DNA from: Planctomycetota bacterium
Lineage (GTDB): Bacteria; Planctomycetota; B15-G4
Direction of reading: 5' to 3'
DNA length: 64,000 bases
Assembly: GCA_038212275.1 (NCBI GenBank)
Contig: JBBQUR010000014.1
Coordinates: 64,001-128,000 of the forward strand
The notes beneath the pieces are model-generated. The model was not told where the DNA came from and did no database searches. It saw nothing but the letters and a program-made list of their open reading frames with translations. The first letter of the stretch is position 1, and each line of letters starts with the position of its first letter. A program made the position numbers and the translations under genes. This document shows positions 9,501 through 17,557 of the stretch, one piece after another.

Positions 9501-11076
9501 TCGCATGAATGGTGTAACGACGCGAGAAACCAACCGAGTTCGGAACGACCTCCTTGTCGAAATCGATCCGGAAGTTGGCGCGTGTGGAGATCAGGTTCGG
9601 GCTGGTCGGGTCGTTGTCCCCGTTCGGCGTCTTGTTGTAGTTGGCCGGATCGATCGCATCCTTGCCCGGGTCGAGGATGTCGATCGAGGGGAGCGACGTG
9701 GTGGTCCCGATCGGAATCGCCGCACCGCGATTGAAGGTCATGTCTGCGGCGCGCGGATCTGCGCCGACCTTGCTCTGGTTGAGCGGGAAGGTGTGGAAGT
9801 ACGGGTTGCTGACCGTCTCGCTCTTGCTGCGGAGACGCGTGAGGTTGAAGGACACGAAGCCCATCGGCGCCGCGAGCGTGTTGCCCGTGGCGGCGAAGTC
9901 GTTCACGGAACCCGGCACCGTGACGTTCGCGCCGAAAACGCGACCGCCGCCGGGCGACAGCGTCGGACTCGGCAGGATGAGCACGCCCGAACTGTCGATC
10001 ACGCCGTTGACGAGCACGGAGCCCGTCGTGGTGATCGAAGCCGGGTCCTCGTTCGCGATGTAGGTGAACACGTTCGGCTTGTTGATCAGCGACCGCGCAC
10101 CGACAGGCACGTTGCTTCCCAGCGGATCGATGGTCGCCAGCGCCGTGCCGGTGAGAGAGATGTACGGCACCGCCGTCACGCCACCGATGACGGCAACACC
10201 GCTCACGTGCCGGTGCACGAAGGTCTCGTCGATGGTGTTGTTCATGTCCCCGCCGGGATGCTGAATCCAGCGCGCCTCGATGAACACGTTGGCGGGCAGA
10301 CTCGTGTCGCTGTCACCGAGGAACGACGTGCTCGCGTTGAAGGCGTTGAAGAGACTCTCGCGATCAAGATCGTACGGGAACACGATCTGGATGAACTGGT
10401 GTTCGTCGGACGAGGAGGGACCGACACCGCTGCCCATGCCGTTGAGCGCGCCCATCGTGTAGGGCAGCGTCGGCAGCTTGGGGACCTGGTTGCCCGGGAT
10501 GTTCGAGAAGAGGCCCGGGCCGCCATCGCCGATGCCGTCGTTGTCGAGGTCACCGGCCGTGTAGCCGTTGAACACGAATCCCATGGGAGGCGCGACGACC
10601 AGCGACACGTTGGGCTGGCCCGAGGTGGTCTGGAAGAGGTCGTAGATGTTGTTGGACGCGAAGATGAGCTCGCCGTTCTTGCCCGGGTCGACTCCGGTGG
10701 TGTAACCGTCGAAGCCCGAGGCCTGCAGCGAACCGCTCGACGGCAGGTTGCCCCAGTCGTTGGTGATGTCCGTACCGCCCGGCTTGCTGATGGCAGCGAG
10801 GAAGTTGCGCTCGGCCACATCGATCGGCGCGACGCTGTCCGGGTTGCCGCCGTTCACCACGTCGACGCGGGCCCAGTCCCCGTTGGTCGCGACCGTCGCA
10901 TACGTGACGACCTCGAGATTGGCCTTCGAGGAGCCGTTGGCGGGCGGTGGCGGCGGCGGCTTCGGACCGCCGCCTCCTGAGCTCCCTCCCCCACCGCCTC
11001 CGCCGCAACTGGTCATGGAGGCCACCGAGATGGCCAGGGCGAAGCCGATGAGCGCGCGCGGAATGCTTCGGGTCAT
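6577..11076 (-). CDS. Giant (1499 aa) lipoprotein with Ig-like segments and a C-terminal YVTN/YncE-type beta-propeller
   Basis: Signal ending MTS-C followed by poly-Gly/poly-Pro. C-terminal repeats LYVSNEGDNSLSVVD, VGTGPRAVCVDPD and VFVLNYLSNTVTIVD. Confidence 0.85.
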   Translation of the reverse strand: MTRSIPRALIGFALAISVASMTSCGGGGGGGSSGGGGPKPPPPPPANGSSKANLEVVTYATVATNGDWARVDVVNGGNPDSVAPIDVAERNFLAAISKPGGTDITNDWGNLPSSGSLQASGFDGYTTGVDPGKNGELIFASNNIYDLFQTTSGQPNVSLVVAPPMGFVFNGYTAGDLDNDGIGDGGPGLFSNIPGNQVPKLPTLPYTMGALNGMGSGVGPSSSDEHQFIQIVFPYDLDRESLFNAFNASTSFLGDSDTSLPANVFIEARWIQHPGGDMNNTIDETFVHRHVSGVAVIGGVTAVPYISLTGTALATIDPLGSNVPVGARSLINKPNVFTYIANEDPASITTTGSVLVNGVIDSSGVLILPSPTLSPGGGRVFGANVTVPGSVNDFAATGNTLAAPMGFVSFNLTRLRSKSETVSNPYFHTFPLNQSKVGADPRAADMTFNRGAAIPIGTTTSLPSIDILDPGKDAIDPANYNKTPNGDNDPTSPNLISTRANFRIDFDKEVVPNSVGFSRRYTIHATPSLGVLFPFNGNSRPVGSPASSIATAHLGSPLASSIYVAVNQPAGISPTSGFTQKVNSPFAKAGGTSTSTKDNGQLFTSTEKSGNGLVPTLMNTLATLPRGVVPCDIYPLNQNNRQAYVVETLVEMPPDVVVTVGVCLPGLGMSFLSRTNRGNQSRSGTVFTGFQGINAVGLGDSGTAFKTAILGNQTVIKVNAGPMDLQGLLAYGGTSVAVDTLVDGVMTNDLTTGGTNVCRTFRVGHDNTYRYVNAPVSPQALYLGYSSGGAGVLDLSGTGYNTNIPGGAALNTTFQNYVEVSRFLPPTLSGSPSKFNFTASGQFKNGDHFRAFGIFGRYTSGGSQGSPSGTESEYAIGKAISTGSLTPTPGINEGSSGYETLVFSGITQNNPATASAILTDDSKVSIVRDMQVGDFLDSVAPFFDPENSNANPQRHRTYNTPGQGAIATNTIADPPFPNPPPLRFPVGLPHTAVIFDQSDVAAAPTLIQGNEVFPGDGFAYFDDSSGVGVQSPQASNGLIQLNPTTNTSNKNAFDIAPLPRAGFQSTFNFATGVATSPKFVQTGPLPKTATAGAVILATRNAAAPGSSGSGGLVPPIYEARQQIGNFLFAADGVNRKLHAINSNTMQVIQSLTLPDPYGLGMSPELDRLYVSNEGDNSLSVVDADPTSATFMTELKRIQVGTGPRAVCVDPDNEDVFVLNYLSNTVTIVDVNSGTVRKTLTDSGLNRPYEMACGMREATNGPAFQSGTYHGYISNYGGNNVLVYQSGPDGTAGIGFDTIVGKVRPNEPVTGQKWKNMFEPRGITYDPNVPLDGFSATVGCFVAHKDENGKALVTRIAYTADTQPGAQTFNIFNTTIGFGTTVFQTKAQYLSSFPAAAAYAVALPDYNRKRFEQEDFASYFNLLNAGATPKQVPLFPRNSKFPLADNILPTFTNGPRWDADRLYLSISGKIIEVFDVANGTHLKTITTPRDVAVMTSFFSQ

Positions 11077-11197
11077 GATTCAGGTCCTTGACGGGTGACG
11101 TGGGATCAAGGCTTCGGGACTCTGTCCCACGAGGGCCGGGGTTGCCCAAGGTGCGCGTGCGGAATGAGGCCTTCCCGCAGCACGGACACTTTAGTCG

Positions 11198-11226
11198 ATT
11201 CTCGTGGTCGCCGTCAGACGAGTCAA
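11198..11226 (-). promoter_or_regulatory. Putative sigma70-type promoter for the lipoprotein operon
   Basis: Minus strand TTGACT-N17-GAGAAT in the divergent intergenic region. Confidence 0.45.
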
Positions 11227-11288
11227 GCCGCGATTGACCCTTGGCGCCGTGATGTAGTCGGCCATCTGCCACCGGTATCATGCGCCCC

Positions 11289-12305
11289 ATGAGCGAGTCT
11301 TCCGGCATCTTTCGCACGCTGAGCACGACGGCGGAGGATGCCGACGGCCCCTTGCGGCCCCGGAGTTTCGAGGAATTCGTGGGACAGGCGCGCGTGGTCG
11401 CCAACCTGCGGACCTGGATCGACGCGGCTCGACAGAGGGGCAAGAGCCTGGACCACGTCCTGCTCTCGGGGCCGCCCGGCCTCGGCAAGACGACGCTGGC
11501 CAACCTCGTGGCCAGCACGCTCGGCTGCCCGCTCAAGCAGACGTCGGGCCCCGCGCTGGAGCGTCCGGGTGATCTCGTCGGACTGCTCACCGGCCTGGCC
11601 GCCGGTGACGTGCTCTTCGTGGACGAGATCCACCGCATGCCGCGCAGCGTCGAGGAATACCTTTACGCCGCGATGGAGGACCTCGCGGTGGACGTGGTCA
11701 TCGACCAGGGCCCCGCGGCGCGCTCCGTCCGCCTGACCGTCGCGCCGTTCACGCTCATCGGTGCGACGACTCGCGAAGGGCTGCTGACGCACGCCTTCCG
11801 CTCGCGCTTCGGAGTCGTCGAGAAACTCGTGCCGTATCCGGCGCAGGACATCGAGGCCATTCTCAAGCGCTCCGCAGCGCGCCTCGGTTGCCGCCTCGAC
11901 GACGACGCCGCCGGACTCGTGAGCGAACGCAGCCGCGGTGTGCCACGTGTCGCCAATCGACTCCTGCGCCGTCTTCGCGACGTCGCCGACCTCGAGAACG
12001 AGGGGCACGTCACGCGCGCCGTGGTCGAGCGCGGTCTCGGCATGCTCGGCATCGACGCCCTGGGTCTGGAGGACATGGATCGCCGCCTGCTGACCGCACT
12101 GCTGACGCTCGGCGGCGGCCCCGCCGGCCTCAAGACGCTGGCCGTCGCGGTCGGAGAGGAAGAGGACACGCTCGAGCAGGTCTACGAGCCGCATCTCATC
12201 CGCCTCGGCTTCCTCAAGCGCACGCCCCGAGGCCGCCAGCTCACGGACGCCGCGCGCCTCCACCTCGGCGCCGCAGGCGCGGCATCCGGACTCTTCCCCG
12301 CGTGA
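11289..12305 (+). CDS. ruvB: Holliday junction branch migration helicase RuvB
   Basis: LRPRSFEEFVGQ, GPPGLGKTTLA, FVDEIHR, GATTR, YEPHLI..TPRGR. ATG 11289 is preferred over 11280 because TATCAT lies 7 nt upstream. Confidence 0.97.
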   Translation: MSESSGIFRTLSTTAEDADGPLRPRSFEEFVGQARVVANLRTWIDAARQRGKSLDHVLLSGPPGLGKTTLANLVASTLGCPLKQTSGPALERPGDLVGLLTGLAAGDVLFVDEIHRMPRSVEEYLYAAMEDLAVDVVIDQGPAARSVRLTVAPFTLIGATTREGLLTHAFRSRFGVVEKLVPYPAQDIEAILKRSAARLGCRLDDDAAGLVSERSRGVPRVANRLLRRLRDVADLENEGHVTRAVVERGLGMLGIDALGLEDMDRRLLTALLTLGGGPAGLKTLAVAVGEEEDTLEQVYEPHLIRLGFLKRTPRGRQLTDAARLHLGAAGAASGLFPA

Positions 12306-13516
12306 GCATCACGGGCTCCGTGCACGGGCCCTGCGCGATGGCGCTTGCGCTGCTGCTTGCGGCATCGCTGCCCGCATGCGTCGACACATCGGCGGCGCGG
12401 GCGGCCTCGACGACGGCCTCGACTTCTGCCGTCAACGACTCCATCGACGTCGAGTTCGGCCGCGGGACTCCGCTGCCCGCGATCGCGTGCGCCGGTCGCT
12501 GGCGCGCGCTCGACGGCAAGGGCGCCGAGATCGCCCGCGGCGACAGCCTGCCTGACGGCACCGTGCCCGTGGTCAGCCGCACGTCGGTGCGACTCGGCGA
12601 CGTGGACTGCGGCCCGCCGCCCGTGGACATCGTGCCGGCGCGCACCGTGCGCGTGCAGATCAATGGCAAGACGTACCGCGGCGCGCTGCGCCTCGATCTG
12701 GTCGGCGGCCAGCCGCGCCTGCTCAATCGCGTCGCGCTCGAAGACTACCTGCTTGGCGTGCTGCCCGGCGAGATGCCCGAGCGCTTCGGACTCGAGGCGC
12801 TCAAGGCCCAGGCCGTCGCGGCGCGCAGCTACGCGCTGGCCGAATACGCGCAGCTCGGGCGAGTCTATGCCGACACGCGCAGCCAGGTCTACGCGGGTCG
12901 CGATGCCGAATCGGCGCTGACCTCGCGGGCCGTGCGCGAAACGCGCGGCGAGGTCCTTCTCGCGCCGAACAAGCGCGTGGTCAAGGCCTTCTACTGCTCC
13001 ACGTGCGGCGGTCTCACGGCCGTCGGCCGCACGGTCTTCGATGACGTGCCGGCCGGCGTCATGACCGCGCCGGTCACGTGTCCGGACTGCCGCACGTCCC
13101 CCAACTACTCCTGGCAGCGACGGATCTCCGCCGAACGCATCTGCCTCGCTGCGGAACTGCCGGTCGCACCCCTGGAGAGTGTCCGCCTCTCGCCCGGAAC
13201 GCTGAAGGACAGGACGCAGACGGTGACCGTGCGCGCGGGGGGCCGCGAGGCCACGCTCAGTGCGACGACCTTCCGCGAGCGGCTCTCCGCGGGCCGTCCC
13301 AAGACCGAGCAACTGCTGTCGACGCTCTTCATCGAACAGCCGCGCATCGAGGGCGACGAGCTCGTCGTCGCGGGTCGCGGCTGGGGCCACGGCGTCGGCC
13401 TGTGCCAGTACGGCGCCGCGGGCTTCGCGGCGCGCGGTGCGACCTACGCGGCCATCCTCGGCCGGTACTATCCGGGCGCGGAACTCTCCAGGCGGAGTGC
13501 GGCGGACAGCCCGTGA
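12302..13516 (+). CDS. SpoIID/LytB-domain lytic transglycosylase, probable lipoprotein
   Basis: LEDYLLGVLPGEM, EALKAQAVAARSYA, SQVY, STCGG, GRGWGHGVGLCQYGA, ILGRYYPG; lipobox-like LPAC. Alternative ATG at 12338. Confidence 0.92.
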   Translation: MSITGSVHGPCAMALALLLAASLPACVDTSAARAASTTASTSAVNDSIDVEFGRGTPLPAIACAGRWRALDGKGAEIARGDSLPDGTVPVVSRTSVRLGDVDCGPPPVDIVPARTVRVQINGKTYRGALRLDLVGGQPRLLNRVALEDYLLGVLPGEMPERFGLEALKAQAVAARSYALAEYAQLGRVYADTRSQVYAGRDAESALTSRAVRETRGEVLLAPNKRVVKAFYCSTCGGLTAVGRTVFDDVPAGVMTAPVTCPDCRTSPNYSWQRRISAERICLAAELPVAPLESVRLSPGTLKDRTQTVTVRAGGREATLSATTFRERLSAGRPKTEQLLSTLFIEQPRIEGDELVVAGRGWGHGVGLCQYGAAGFAARGATYAAILGRYYPGAELSRRSAADSP

Positions 13517-14676
13517 CGGAACGCTCGCGCGCCGCGCAGTTCACGCTTCACGGGACGTGCGGCTCCGCGCGCGCCGGCGTGCTCACGGTGCGGGGTCGCA
13601 CGCTCGACACGCCCGCCTTCCTGCCGGTGGGCACCTACGGCGCGGTCAAGGGCGTGCCGCCGTCGATGCTCGCGGAGCAGGGCGCCGGCATGCTGCTCGC
13701 CAACGCCTGCCACCTGCACGACCGCCCCGGCGCGGACGTGGTGGCAGGACTCGGCGGCCTGCACCGCTTCATGAACTGGAACGGACTGCTGCTCACCGAC
13801 AGCGGCGGCTTCCAGGTCTTCTCGCTGCTCGACATCTCCCGCCTCGACGAGGACGGCGTCACCTTCCGCTCGCCCGTGGACGGCCGGCCGCTTCGCCTCG
13901 GTCCGCAGGAGGCCGTCGACGTGCAGCTGCTGCTCGACAGCGACATCGCCATGGTCTTCGACGACTGCCCGCCGCTTCCGTGCGAGCATTCCCGGCTGGT
14001 GCAGTCCGTCGAGCGCACCACGCGCTGGGCCACCATCGCACAGGCGGCTCACCGGGAACGCAGCGCAGCCGGCCAGGCGCTGTTTGCCATCGTGCAGGGC
14101 GGGCTCGACGACGCATTGCGCGCCACCTCGGCACGCGAACTCGTCGCGCTCGACTTCGACGGCTACGCACTCGGCGGCCTTTCCGTCGGCGAGGAGAACA
14201 GCGACCTGCGCGCCGCGATGACACGCTACGCCCCGCTGCTGCCGGAGGATCGCGTGCGCTATCTGATGGGCGTCGGCACGCCCGGCGACGTGCTTGCCGC
14301 GATCGCCTCGGGCATCGACATGTTCGATTGCGTGCTGCCCACGCGGAACGCCCGCCACGGCACGCTGTTCACCCGCTCGCGCGAGGGCAGCGGCTCGATC
14401 AACCTGCGCAATCAGCGCTGGCGCAACGAACGCCGGCCGCTTGATCCGGACTGCGACTGCCCGGCGTGCCGCGACTGGTCCGCCGGCACGCTGCGGCACC
14501 TGCTGACGAATGGTGATCCGCTCGGCAGTCTGCTCTGTTCGCTGCACAATCTGCGCTTCATGCACAGGCTCGTCGCTGCGGCGCGGGCCGCGATTCTCGC
14601 CGGCACGCTGCCGGAACTGCTCGCCGAGTGGGCTCCGCCGGACGCAGCGGAGAGTCCGTCAGCGCGGCCGGTATGA
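13513..14676 (+). CDS. tgt: tRNA-guanine transglycosylase (queuosine)
   Basis: TPAFLPVGT, TDSGGFQVFS, GGLSVGE, RYLMGVG, DMFDCVLPTRNAR, and the CDCPAC..HN Zn site. Confidence 0.96.
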   Translation: MTERSRAAQFTLHGTCGSARAGVLTVRGRTLDTPAFLPVGTYGAVKGVPPSMLAEQGAGMLLANACHLHDRPGADVVAGLGGLHRFMNWNGLLLTDSGGFQVFSLLDISRLDEDGVTFRSPVDGRPLRLGPQEAVDVQLLLDSDIAMVFDDCPPLPCEHSRLVQSVERTTRWATIAQAAHRERSAAGQALFAIVQGGLDDALRATSARELVALDFDGYALGGLSVGEENSDLRAAMTRYAPLLPEDRVRYLMGVGTPGDVLAAIASGIDMFDCVLPTRNARHGTLFTRSREGSGSINLRNQRWRNERRPLDPDCDCPACRDWSAGTLRHLLTNGDPLGSLLCSLHNLRFMHRLVAAARAAILAGTLPELLAEWAPPDAAESPSARPV

Positions 14677-15795
14677 GACGACCTTGTCGATGACCAGCAC
14701 CGGGCCGTCCACCGTGGTGAGGAAGAGGCGACGACCGCCGAGTTCGACCTGCTTGCCGACGAGCGCCTCGAGCGTGGCCACCTCGGCCGGCGCTGTCAGC
14801 TTGAGGATCTCGCCGTCCTTGCCGTGGAGCGTGTAGACCGGCGAGCCCTCGATGCCTTCCTTGTGCACCGAGCCGCTGCGCGTGACGGCATCACCCTTGC
14901 CGCGGAAAGTGAAGCCGATGGCCAGCATCCGCGACTCCTTCTTCAGCGTGGCGACATCGATGCTGCTGGTCGGCGACGGGGCCACCGGCTGCGCGCGAGC
15001 GTCCTGGCGCACCTTCTCCGTCGCGGCGCTGCCCGCAGCAGACAGCTTGTCTGCGGCATCGAGGTCCGAGCGAAGCGTGCCGAGAATGGTGCGCGTGCGC
15101 TCCCATTCCGCGGCAGCCCACAGCTCCGCGAGGCGCGCACGGCGCGAGGCGCGCGCCGCGGCATCCAGCGTCGCGAGGTTCGTGTCGGCAAGCGCCTCGA
15201 CCTCGTCGAGCAGCGCGGCTTCGCGCTGGAAGAGCGGATCCGTGGCGCGCCAGCCGGCGACGGCGGCCTGACGCTGCTGCTCGCGCGTCGCGACCTGATC
15301 CGCCCACGCGACGGCGGCCGCCGGGTCGGTGACCGCGGGCAGCAAATCATCCGGGGCGTAGAGCGGCGTGTTGACGGGCGCGATCACGCGGGCCCAGCCG
15401 TCCACGACTCCGAGCGCTACGATCGGCCCGGCGCCGGCGGCACACTGCGCGATCGGCAGCAGGCCGTCGGCCGTCGGCAACAGGCGCATGTTCACGCGGT
15501 CGCCTCGCACCATGAGCGTCGCATCCGACGGCGACATGTCGAGGAAGTCCGTGTGCAGGTACACGGTGAAGCCCTGCGGCACGAAGACCTCGCGGAAGGC
15601 GCCGCGCAACTCGCCGGTGCGGACGACCGTGTTGCCGTCGAGCGTGACGACACCGGGAAAGTCCGCGCCAGGTCCGGCCCGCAGGACGGCGCCTGCGGTC
15701 GGCTTCGCGAAGGCCGCGCCGGGAAGACTGTCGCCGGCCGCGGGAACGGGGGAAAGTTGAAGCATCAAGGAGACAATCAGGATCATCGCGTTCAT
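14659..15795 (-). CDS. Exported protein with two SH3b-like domains, a helical middle and a C-terminal OB-like domain
   Basis: Signal peptide; VLRAGPGADF and VRGDRVNMRLLP SH3b-type starts; C-terminal LEALVGKQVELGG. Confidence 0.7.
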   Translation of the reverse strand: MNAMILIVSLMLQLSPVPAAGDSLPGAAFAKPTAGAVLRAGPGADFPGVVTLDGNTVVRTGELRGAFREVFVPQGFTVYLHTDFLDMSPSDATLMVRGDRVNMRLLPTADGLLPIAQCAAGAGPIVALGVVDGWARVIAPVNTPLYAPDDLLPAVTDPAAAVAWADQVATREQQRQAAVAGWRATDPLFQREAALLDEVEALADTNLATLDAAARASRRARLAELWAAAEWERTRTILGTLRSDLDAADKLSAAGSAATEKVRQDARAQPVAPSPTSSIDVATLKKESRMLAIGFTFRGKGDAVTRSGSVHKEGIEGSPVYTLHGKDGEILKLTAPAEVATLEALVGKQVELGGRRLFLTTVDGPVLVIDKVVSYRPR

Positions 15796-15849
15796 GTCTG
15801 GAAATCTTAGCGTAGAGGGGACGAAGTCCATGCCGATAAGGTGGCCAAC

Positions 15850-17535
15850 ATGCTCGCACTCTTCGCGCTGATTCCGATGTTCTTCTGCGCGCCCCACGGC
15901 GGGCAGTACATTCCTCCGGTGTCCGATGCCGAGAACCCGACGGTTCTGGACGGCGTGGTGGCGCAGCCCGGCCTCGGGCCGGAACTCGCCTTCTCGCCCA
16001 GCCGCTGGGAGTGGTGGTTCGACTTCAACCAGGAGCCGCTCCTGGACCTTCGGCGGCGGATGCCGGCCCGGGCACGACTGTCGGGATCCGGCTCCTATGA
16101 GCCACTGACCGCCGACGACCGGACCAGCGTCGTGCTCCCCGCCCTCGTGGCCGCCCTCCGCAAGCGGCCGCCCCCCGTCGGGGAGATCCGTCGCGAGATC
16201 AACAACCGGGACGTGCGCGGCGCCGCAGTCCTCGCCATGGGCCGCCTGGCCCTCCCCGAGGCGGTGCCCTACATCCAGGTCATCGTGGAGTCCGATCCGG
16301 ACCTCTTCGTCCGGACCCAGGGCGTGCTGGCGCTGGGCTACTCGGCCAGCCCGCAGGCCGTCGAGGGCCTCGTCGCGCTCTACCGCGACACCGCCGAGAG
16401 CGAGGAGATCCGGACCTACGCGGCGGTGGGCCTGGCCCTCGTCGGCAACGGACAGGCTGTGGACACGCTGCTGGCGTCGCTCAGCGAGAAGGCTCTCAAG
16501 GGCATGACCAACCAGCTCCGGGCGGCCACGATCTACGCGGCGGGGATCTCCGGCCAACCCAGCCTCGCGGTGGCGCTGCGCGCGCTGGGCGACTCGTTCC
16601 TGTTCGGCCAGGACCCGACCGTCCGGGCGCTCACCGCGGTCGCGCTCGGCCGCCTCGACGACCCGTCCTCCGTCCCGTTCCTGCTGCAGCTCCTCGGTGA
16701 CCCGGACAACCAGGTGCGGCGTTCGGTGGCGGTCGCCTTGCAGGCCAGTTCCGCCCGTCTCGACGCGGCCTCGGTCGCCACGATGATCGCGCATTACCGC
16801 AAGGACTCCGACCAGCTCACGCGCCTCAACCTGCTGCGCGCGCTGGGCTCGGCCCGGTTGCCCGAGTCGCGCGCCTTCCTGCACGAGACGCTGCAGACCG
16901 CCACGTACGAGTACCGTCCGCACATCGCCATGGCCCTTGCGCTCGACGGAGACGCTTCCAACGTCGCGCCGCTGCTCGTGGCGCTCGAGGCGGAAAAGGA
17001 TCTGTCGACGCTCTCGGCCTTCGCGGTGTCACTCGGCCTGCTGCAGGCCGGCGAAGCGACTCCTCCGCTGCTCAAGCTCTTCGAGACCCAGAACGATCCG
17101 ACGACGCTCGGCTACCTGTGCCTCGCGCTCGGACTCATCGATCCCTCGCAGCCGGAACTCTCGACACGCATCGCCTCGATCGCGTCGACGAGCCATGACA
17201 TCGAGGAGGTGCGGTCGGCGATCATCGCGCTCGGACTGCTCGGCGCGCGCAGTCAGCTCGACACGCTCGCGGCCGGCGTACCTGCCGTGAAGAGCTCGGT
17301 GGAGCGCGCCACGCAGTTGCACGGCCTGGGCCTTGTCGGCGACCGCAAGACGCTCAAGTCCCTGCTCGCGATGCTGAGCGACGAGTTGCAGCCCATCTAC
17401 GTGCGCACCTACACGCTGCAGGCACTCGGCGAACTGTCGGACCCCCGCGAGCTCTCGCCGAACTGGAAGCTCTCGAGCAACGTCGAGATGAGCCACGAGG
17501 TGGGCTTCCTCTTCGAGCTCTACCGCGTGCTCTGA
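15850..17535 (+). CDS. HEAT-repeat (PBS-lyase-like) protein, probably exported
   Basis: Repeated VRxxAxxALGxL units (VRGAAVLAMGRL, VRALTAVALGRL, VRTYTLQALGEL); N-terminal hydrophobic stretch then HGGQY. Confidence 0.85.
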   Translation: MLALFALIPMFFCAPHGGQYIPPVSDAENPTVLDGVVAQPGLGPELAFSPSRWEWWFDFNQEPLLDLRRRMPARARLSGSGSYEPLTADDRTSVVLPALVAALRKRPPPVGEIRREINNRDVRGAAVLAMGRLALPEAVPYIQVIVESDPDLFVRTQGVLALGYSASPQAVEGLVALYRDTAESEEIRTYAAVGLALVGNGQAVDTLLASLSEKALKGMTNQLRAATIYAAGISGQPSLAVALRALGDSFLFGQDPTVRALTAVALGRLDDPSSVPFLLQLLGDPDNQVRRSVAVALQASSARLDAASVATMIAHYRKDSDQLTRLNLLRALGSARLPESRAFLHETLQTATYEYRPHIAMALALDGDASNVAPLLVALEAEKDLSTLSAFAVSLGLLQAGEATPPLLKLFETQNDPTTLGYLCLALGLIDPSQPELSTRIASIASTSHDIEEVRSAIIALGLLGARSQLDTLAAGVPAVKSSVERATQLHGLGLVGDRKTLKSLLAMLSDELQPIYVRTYTLQALGELSDPRELSPNWKLSSNVEMSHEVGFLFELYRVL

Positions 17536-17557
17536 CGGAGAGGCGCGAGCAGCGGGC

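Noticed and set aside
6514..10980. 1488-aa plus-strand ORF
   Set aside because: Antisense shadow of the lipoprotein gene; Arg/Val-rich with no motifs, typical of high-GC codon bias.
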